A stretch of 53,824 bases of DNA from Acidobacteriota bacterium (GTDB lineage: Bacteria; Acidobacteriota; Thermoanaerobaculia; Multivoradales; UBA5704), in contig JBDTZG010000037.1 in NCBI GenBank assembly GCA_040005235.1, positions 1 to 53,824 on the forward strand. The letters are read 5' to 3'. A model generated the notes under the pieces. That model was not told the DNA's origin. It worked only from the letters and a program-made list of their open reading frames with translations, and ran no database searches. Both the position numbers and the translations under genes were made by a program. Positions 47,752-53,824 of this stretch are shown here, piece by piece (the stretch's first letter is position 1; each line of letters opens with the position of its first letter).

Positions 47752-48855
47752 ATGAAGATCGGTCGAAACGATCCGTGCTGGTGCGAGTCGGGGAAAAAGT
47801 ATAAGCGGTGCCACTTGGAAAGGGAACGGCAGGAACCCCTGTCGCGAGGGCAGATCCTTTCTGCGGTGCGTGCTTCCCACTCGCGAAAGGAGTGCCTCCA
47901 CCCGCTGGCTTCACTTGAGAGCTGCAGCGGTGAAGCGATAAAGGCGCACACGATATCCCGGTCGTCTCTGCAAAGAATTGCCCGCGCCGGGCACGTTTGT
48001 CAAATCTGTGGTGATCTTCCTACTCTCGGAAAGCATGAAGGAAGGTTCGTTCCAAAGCTTGTTGGCATAAACAAGGCGTCGGTATTTAGCGGATTTTGTG
48101 CAGCCCACGATCAGTCCATATTCCGACCTGTTGAAGCCAACACCTTTGAATCCCTAGAGCAGGCGAGTTTCCTTTTGGGCTATCGATCTCTTTGCCTCGA
48201 ACTCTCCAAAAAGCGAGCAGCAAGCGGCCTATATCCGGTTGAACGTGATCTTGACAAAGGAAGAGACACTCTCTTTCAGTATGAACACCAGGCGCACCAG
48301 GCTTCACGACACGCCGGAATAGAGCTTGCCCTTCGAGACCTCGAGGATGAAAAGGTGCGGCAAGACGAAGCTCTAATCCATTGCAATTATCAACGGGCGA
48401 AGTACCTACTTTTTGAACTCCAAGGGGTTCCGGAAATCATGTGTAGCACAGTCCACTTTCCCGCGTTTGATTTTGCCGGGAATCAACTGCAAGACTTGAT
48501 GGACCCAAAGCCTTCAGACATCTTGAGCTTCTCGGCTCTGGCGAATGGCGGCAGTGGCTGGCTCCTGTTTAGCTGGTTTGGAGAAGCGAATGCAGCCAAG
48601 GAACTGATCCGCTCTCTTGTAGAATTGGGCGAAGCCGCCATTCCCCACGCTATTGTTCGATTCATATTTGAAAACTCTGAGAATACTTACATGTCGCCTT
48701 CGTGGTGGGAGGCGATCGGTGCGTCGCGGCGAAATCAACTAGTAGAGCGACATCAGAAATCTGTAAAAGTAGAGCAGTTGCCTGATTACCTCAAGGATGA
48801 CGGGTTAAGGGTTGTTGACTGGAAACTAGTGAGAACAGTGACAAACGCTATGTAG
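47752..48855 (+). CDS. SEC-C motif protein with a putative His/Cys (HNH-like) domain, 367 aa
   Basis: KIGRNDPCWCESGKKYKRCH, then CLHP...C...IKAHTI and ASVFSGFCAAHD. Low GC. Confidence 0.8.
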   Translation: MKIGRNDPCWCESGKKYKRCHLERERQEPLSRGQILSAVRASHSRKECLHPLASLESCSGEAIKAHTISRSSLQRIARAGHVCQICGDLPTLGKHEGRFVPKLVGINKASVFSGFCAAHDQSIFRPVEANTFESLEQASFLLGYRSLCLELSKKRAASGLYPVERDLDKGRDTLFQYEHQAHQASRHAGIELALRDLEDEKVRQDEALIHCNYQRAKYLLFELQGVPEIMCSTVHFPAFDFAGNQLQDLMDPKPSDILSFSALANGGSGWLLFSWFGEANAAKELIRSLVELGEAAIPHAIVRFIFENSENTYMSPSWWEAIGASRRNQLVERHQKSVKVEQLPDYLKDDGLRVVDWKLVRTVTNAM

Positions 48856-48933
48856 TAGCGTTCCAGTGACACCGTGAGCCCTTTTCCTCATACTTCTCGC
48901 GTTCTCATAGGATGAACGGGGAGAGGGACAGTC

Positions 48934-49644
48934 ATGGCCCAGCGAGCACCAAAGTGTCTCAGGATGTTCGGCAGCCTTGCTGCTTCGGTATTGCTCGCTA
49001 GTGCGTGTCCAAACTCCACGTCTCAACCATCGGCGTCTCCTCCCCCCGAAGATCAGGAGACGCGCTACCGGCGGGAGCTTGCCGAATTCGCTGCGGATGC
49101 ACCTGCCGACAAGATCGCGGAGGCGTGTCACTTTCTGCGTCTTGCGCCCAACTCTCCGAAGTTGTCAAGCGACGAACTTGCACGCTGCAAGGCTGCAACC
49201 CTTTCGGCCATTGGAGCCAGCAAGGTGAGTGAAGGATCCACAATCTCGCTTGAAATGTTGCTTGAGGACTCGCGAGCCTGCGGAGCAGGCGAAGCCGAAA
49301 TCCATGCCGCTTCTGAGAAGCGGAAACGGAAAGAGCCGAAGTGGGCCGCCGCAGAGGCTCGCGAACGGGCGGCTGAGAAGCGGCAGGCACTTGTCGACGG
49401 GACAGAAAACCGTCAACTCGTCGCCGATCGCCTCCGAGAGAATTTCCTTGATCAGGGTCTTGACATCAAGGTGCGACTAAAAGGTAGGTACAAAGAGCGC
49501 ATCACTTTCACCTACGTACTGTTCAGTGATGTCTGGTCGCATCGTTTTGAGACCGAAGGAATCTTGGATTCCCTTCAGGCTGCTGGCTACCAGAGGGTGG
49601 ACATGACTGACGACTATGACTGGCATGTTCACTGGACGTTCTGA
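48934..49644 (+). CDS. Hypothetical lipoprotein, 236 aa
   Basis: GAGAGG RBS, LLASAC lipobox and a helical body. Confidence 0.65.
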   Translation: MAQRAPKCLRMFGSLAASVLLASACPNSTSQPSASPPPEDQETRYRRELAEFAADAPADKIAEACHFLRLAPNSPKLSSDELARCKAATLSAIGASKVSEGSTISLEMLLEDSRACGAGEAEIHAASEKRKRKEPKWAAAEARERAAEKRQALVDGTENRQLVADRLRENFLDQGLDIKVRLKGRYKERITFTYVLFSDVWSHRFETEGILDSLQAAGYQRVDMTDDYDWHVHWTF

Positions 49645-49649
49645 CCTTG

Positions 49650-49726
49650 CCGGAACCAACGAAACGCCATAGACAAAGCCGGTTCCAAATGGTGGGCGAG
49701 ATTCCCATGTCGAGAGAGAGCTTCAG
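49650..49726 (-). pseudogene. N-terminal remnant of a DUF5615 (PIN-like) toxin
   Basis: LKLSLDMGISPTI resembles the MKFLLDMGISP start of this family and overlaps the DUF433 stop. Confidence 0.55.
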
Positions 49727-49953
49727 GACGCCTGCGGGAGAATCAAGACTTCCTAGGCGAGCCAGGTCGCACACTGAAGGGCCTGCTGGACGTCCTCGGC
49801 TTCGAGGTACGGATACTCGGCCGCGATCTCCGCGGGAAATATGCCGTTTGCGATGAGGTTAATCAGCAACGTGACTGACCCCCGCAGGCCGCGAATTCAA
49901 GCCCTGTCGGCCGTCACGGCGGGGTCAAAGGTGACGCGATCGAATCCGAGCAT
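49723..49953 (-). pseudogene. DUF433 antitoxin pseudogene
   Basis: MLGFDRVTFDPAVTADRA*IRGLR, a frameshift, then SVTLLINLIANGIFPAEIAAEYPYLEAEDVQQAL...LA*. Confidence 0.8.
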
Positions 49954-50033
49954 CGCGAGCCCTTCCTTGGCCATAGTTTAGGAACCTCGGAGAAAGCTGA
50001 ACCCAAGGGCGGCCTCGCCGCTTTCCAACCCCC

Positions 50034-51881
50034 TCACTCCACCGTCACACTCTTAGCCAGATTCCGCGGCTGGTCCACGTCCGCTCCTCGCCGTACCCCT
50101 ATGAAGTACGCCAGCAGCTGAAGCGGAACCACGTTCACGATCGGCTGGAGGAGCGGCGAGACCCTGGGGACTTCGATGATTTCGTGGGCTAGTCCTTCGA
50201 AGTCTTCGGCGGGGCCGTCGGTGACGACCAGGAGGTGGCCGTCTCGGGCTCGGACTTCTTGGAGGTTGGAGCGGACTTTTTCGTAGACGCCGTCTCCGGT
50301 CGCTATGGCGATGACGGGGAGGTTTTCGTCGATCAGGGCGATCGGGCCGTGCTTCATTTCTCCCGCGGGGTAGCCTTCGGCGTGGATGTAGGAGATCTCT
50401 TTGAGCTTGAGCGCTCCTTCGAGAGCGATCGGGTAGTTGATGCCGCGGCCCAGGTAGAGGACGTTTTCGGCCTTGTGATAACGGCGGGCGAGATCTTCAA
50501 GATGGGCCTCTTGCTTGCGGATGACCTGATCGACCGCTCCGGGCAGGTGGGCCAAGTCGTCGAGATAGAGGCGGTCGATGGTTCCTTCCCGCTGCTGCTT
50601 CAGATAGAGCGCGAGGAGGTAGAGCGCGACCAGCTGGGTGGTGAAGGCTTTGGTCGAGGCGACTCCGATTTCCGGCCCGGCGTGGGTGTAGATGACGCCT
50701 TGGCTGATGCGGGTGGCCTGGGAACCCTCGACGTTGCAGACCGAGAAAAGCTTGGCGCCCCGTTCTTTCGCGGCTTCCATGGCAGAGAGCGTGTCTGCCG
50801 TTTCGCCGGATTGGGAGATGCCCACCGCGAGCACGCGGCTATCGACGATCGGGTCGCGGTAGCGATACTCCGAGCCGTAATCGACTTCGACCGGAATGCG
50901 GGCGATCGATTCGATCAGGAACTTGCCGATCAGCGCCGAGTGCCAGGAGGTACCGCAGGCGAGTAGGTGCAGGCGCTCGATTTTGCGGAGTTCCTCGGGC
51001 GGCAGCGTCACCGTGTCGAACAGGATCTCGCCGGTCTCGAAATCCACCCGGCCGGCGAAGGTGTCCTGCACCGCCTGGGGCTGCTCGTGGATCTCCTTCG
51101 CCATGAAGTGCTTGTAGCCGCCTTTTTCGGCCTGGACCGGGTCCCAGTTGAGACGCTGGACGGGCCGTTCGGCGGGTGCGAGCAGACGCCCGGTGCGGTC
51201 GTAGATTTCGATCTTCTCCGGGGTCAGCTCGGCGAGGTCGCCGTTTTCGAGGAAGATCACATTGCGGGTGTAAGCGAGCAGCGCGGCCGGGTCCGACGCG
51301 AGGAACTGCTCGTTGTCGCCCGGTCCGCCGACTCCCAGCACGAGCGGCGGCCCTTGGCGGGTTGCCACGATCTCCTGACCATTGCCCGCGGTGGTGACCA
51401 CCGCGAAGGCGTACATGCCTTCTACCTCGCCAATCGCGCGGGCGACCGCTTCGCGCAGCGTCGACCCGTCGAGGTAGGAGGAGATCAGGTTCGCGACCAC
51501 CTCGGTGTCGGTGTCGGAGGCGAAGGTCCACCCTTCGGCGAGCAGCCGTTTTTTGAGCGGCAGGAAGTTCTCGATGATGCCGTTGTGGATTAGCGCCACC
51601 CGGCCTTTGGAGTCGACCATCGGGTGGGCGTTCCGCTCGCTCGGCGGTCCGTGGGTCGCCCAACGGGTATGGCCCAAGCCGTAGACGCCGGTGATCGGCG
51701 CCGCGGCGAGCTTGACCCGCAGGTTTTCGAGCTTGCCTTCGGCCCGGGCGGTCTGGAAATGACCGTCTTCCACCGCAACGATGCCGGCCGAGTCGTACCC
51801 GCGATATTCCATCCGGCCGAGGCCGTCCATCAAGAGGGGCACCACGTCCCGGTGCCCAACGTATCCGACGATGCCGCACAT
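50034..51881 (-). CDS. glmS: Glutamine--fructose-6-phosphate aminotransferase
   Basis: MCGIVGY, GHTRWATHG, SQSGETADT and PRNLAKSVTVE. Confidence 0.98.
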   Translation of the reverse strand: MCGIVGYVGHRDVVPLLMDGLGRMEYRGYDSAGIVAVEDGHFQTARAEGKLENLRVKLAAAPITGVYGLGHTRWATHGPPSERNAHPMVDSKGRVALIHNGIIENFLPLKKRLLAEGWTFASDTDTEVVANLISSYLDGSTLREAVARAIGEVEGMYAFAVVTTAGNGQEIVATRQGPPLVLGVGGPGDNEQFLASDPAALLAYTRNVIFLENGDLAELTPEKIEIYDRTGRLLAPAERPVQRLNWDPVQAEKGGYKHFMAKEIHEQPQAVQDTFAGRVDFETGEILFDTVTLPPEELRKIERLHLLACGTSWHSALIGKFLIESIARIPVEVDYGSEYRYRDPIVDSRVLAVGISQSGETADTLSAMEAAKERGAKLFSVCNVEGSQATRISQGVIYTHAGPEIGVASTKAFTTQLVALYLLALYLKQQREGTIDRLYLDDLAHLPGAVDQVIRKQEAHLEDLARRYHKAENVLYLGRGINYPIALEGALKLKEISYIHAEGYPAGEMKHGPIALIDENLPVIAIATGDGVYEKVRSNLQEVRARDGHLLVVTDGPAEDFEGLAHEIIEVPRVSPLLQPIVNVVPLQLLAYFIGVRRGADVDQPRNLAKSVTVE

Positions 51882-51935
51882 GGTTGGTTCTCCTAAGAAG
51901 CGTGCCCTCGGAGGGGTCACAACACCGGACGGAGG

Positions 51936-53381
51936 TTACTCCTTCCCTTCCGTCCTCGCCCGGCGCTGACCCTTCAAACGCTCGACGGCCCCCTCTAAAT
52001 TCTTCTGCCGGACCCGGGTCACCGCGAGCGCCCCTTCGGGCACGTCCTGGGTGATCACCGAACCGGCTCCGGTCTGGGCGCCTGCGCCAATTTTGACCGG
52101 GGCCACGAGCATCGTGTCGCTGCCGATGAACGAGCCCTCGCCGATCTCGGTTCGGTGTTTCGATTCCCCGTCGTAATTGCAGGTGATGACCCCGGCCCCG
52201 ACGTTTACGCGGGGCCCGATCGTGGCGTCGCCCAGGTAGGCGAGGTGCCCGGCTTTGGCACCGGGACCGAGCTCCGAAGCCTTCACCTCGACGAAGTTGC
52301 CGACTTTGGCGCCGGCCCGAAGCACCGTCCCCGGACGCAGCCGGGCGAACGGCCCGACGCGGCAGCCGATTTCGATCTTGGCGCCGTCCAGCACGCTGTA
52401 GGGCTCGATTGTGACCCCCTCGCCGAGGACCGTGTCGCGCAACCAGGCGCCCTGGCGAAGCTCGCAGCCAGGGCCGATCTCGGTCGCTCCAGAGAGCGAG
52501 ACCTCCGGGTGGATCAGCGCATCGCGGCCGACCACCACGCCCGGCTCGATCGAGGTGCGGGCGGGTTCGAGGATCGTCACTCCCGAGCGCATCAGCGCTT
52601 CCAGATGGCGGTCGATCAGGCGGCGGTGCGCCTGGGCCAGCTCCACCCGGTCGTTGATCCCCCAACTTTCGGACGGATCGGCGAGCGGATGCAGCTCGAC
52701 TCGGTGCCCATCGCGGGCGGCGTCGGTCACCGCGTCGGTCAAGTACAGCTCCCCTTGGGCGTTGGTCGCCCGCAGGCGGTGGAGGTATTCGAACACCTCC
52801 GGGGCGGGGAAGGCGTAGAGCCCGGCGTTGATCCGCTTCTGGTCGCGCTGCTCCGGGGTCGCGTCGCGCGCCTCGACGATCTCCCCGAGCGCGCCGAAGG
52901 CGTCGGCAAACACCCGGCCGAGCGAACCGGGATCGGAAAGCTCCGCGACCGCGAGCGCCCCCCAGGCGGATTCGCTTTCGGCCAGTTCGGCCAGCGCCTC
53001 AATCGTCGCCGGGGTGACCAGCGGCGCGTCGCCCGACAGGACGATCAACGTCGCCTCGTGGCCGGGATCGGTGCGCAGATAGGGCTCGACCTGCTGCAGC
53101 GCATGGCCGGTGCCGCGCTGCTCGGCCTGAAGCACGAATTCGACGTCGGGGGCCGCCAGCTCCGCCTTGACCTGGTCGGCGCCGTGGCCGACGATCACCA
53201 GAATCCGCTCGCAGGAGGCGGCCCGAGCCGCGTCGAGCACCCAGGCGAGAAGCGGCCGGCCCGCGGCGCGGTGGAGCACCTTCGGCAAGCTGGAACGCAT
53301 GCGCGTCCCCTGGCCCGCGGCGAGGACGACGGCGATTCGCGGACCGCGGGCGGCGGGAGTCCGGTTCATCGGTCCGTTCAT
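51936..53381 (-). CDS. glmU: Bifunctional UDP-GlcNAc pyrophosphorylase / GlcN-1-P acetyltransferase
   Basis: LAAGQGTRMRS.LPKVLH, NAQGELYLTD, GNFVEVK, CNYDG and hexapeptide repeats. Confidence 0.97.
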   Translation of the reverse strand: MNGPMNRTPAARGPRIAVVLAAGQGTRMRSSLPKVLHRAAGRPLLAWVLDAARAASCERILVIVGHGADQVKAELAAPDVEFVLQAEQRGTGHALQQVEPYLRTDPGHEATLIVLSGDAPLVTPATIEALAELAESESAWGALAVAELSDPGSLGRVFADAFGALGEIVEARDATPEQRDQKRINAGLYAFPAPEVFEYLHRLRATNAQGELYLTDAVTDAARDGHRVELHPLADPSESWGINDRVELAQAHRRLIDRHLEALMRSGVTILEPARTSIEPGVVVGRDALIHPEVSLSGATEIGPGCELRQGAWLRDTVLGEGVTIEPYSVLDGAKIEIGCRVGPFARLRPGTVLRAGAKVGNFVEVKASELGPGAKAGHLAYLGDATIGPRVNVGAGVITCNYDGESKHRTEIGEGSFIGSDTMLVAPVKIGAGAQTGAGSVITQDVPEGALAVTRVRQKNLEGAVERLKGQRRARTEGKE

Positions 53382-53824
53382 CGGTCCCCCCCGGGGGGCC
53401 GCGGCCCCCGGGCGGCCAGCTCCAGAGCAGCTCGGGCGAGCTTTTTCGAGTCGTGGCGCACCAGCTCCTCCTCGGCCGAGTCGGCGAGCAGATCGGCTTC
53501 GACCAGCTCGACGCCCATCTCTTCCAGCTCTTCGCGGACGTAGCGCACCGGTTCCGATCCGACATCGGCATAGTGCTCGACCCAGCGTTCCGGGATCGGG
53601 CTCGAGCTGGCGAGCACTCCGTGGACCAGTCCCGCCCCCAGGTAGCGCTGGGTTTCGCGCAGGTGGTCGACCCCCATCATGCGATCGGTCTCGCCCGGTT
53701 GGGTCATCAGGTTGAGCAGCAGGATCACCCGTGCTTTGCTCCGCTGGATCGCCTGCCGGATGCCGGGGATCAGCAGGTTCGGCAGGATCGAGGTGTAGAG
53801 CGAGCCGGGGCCGAGCAGGATCAG
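53378..53824 (-). CDS. yvcK: YvcK/GlmR (CofD-like) protein, 5' part outside the window
   Basis: LGPGSLYTSILPNLL, NLMTQPGET and VRHDSKKLA. ATGA overlap with glmU. Confidence 0.9.
   Translation of the reverse strand: MILLGPGSLYTSILPNLLIPGIRQAIQRSKARVILLLNLMTQPGETDRMMGVDHLRETQRYLGAGLVHGVLASSSPIPERWVEHYADVGSEPVRYVREELEEMGVELVEADLLADSAEEELVRHDSKKLARAALELAARGPRPPGGDR

Noticed and set aside
43700-50033. Intact prophage, Tn7 or integron
   Set aside because: No integrase, transposase or phage structural genes, and no clear terminal repeats. Only weak attC-like remnants are present.
51882-51935. glmS ribozyme
   Set aside because: The glmU-glmS gap is only 54 nt, too short for the ribozyme.

Overview
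A GC-rich bacterial chromosomal window. Gene content suggests Acidobacteriota, possibly Thermoanaerobaculia (inference). The housekeeping backbone comprises an NDP-forming acyl-CoA synthetase, a DAG-kinase-like gene, ruvB, pcrA/uvrD, truA, cysQ plus a sat-cysC fusion, a Wzx/Wzy-type polysaccharide export locus (outer-membrane beta-barrel, short OPX, wzc, PHP phosphatase, two O-antigen ligase-family genes), xdhC, copA and yvcK-glmU-glmS. Two accessory zones (about 1.9-6.7 kb and 42.9-50.0 kb, the latter directly downstream of glmS) are toxin-antitoxin graveyards: antitoxins survive while their toxins are deleted, truncated or replaced by low-GC cargo genes. The most unusual elements are (i) a tandem pair of BrnA antitoxins fused to an unrecognised ~105-aa domain that diverges in patches, (ii) three unrelated non-coding degenerate arrays with a 20-21 bp period (two helical turns), one of which forms a ~185-nt imperfect palindrome in the predicted leader of an orphan helical protein, and (iii) nested REP/MITE-like palindromes. 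No CRISPR, tRNA, rRNA, integrase or transposase gene was seen. All family calls come from reading motifs by eye, not from database searches.
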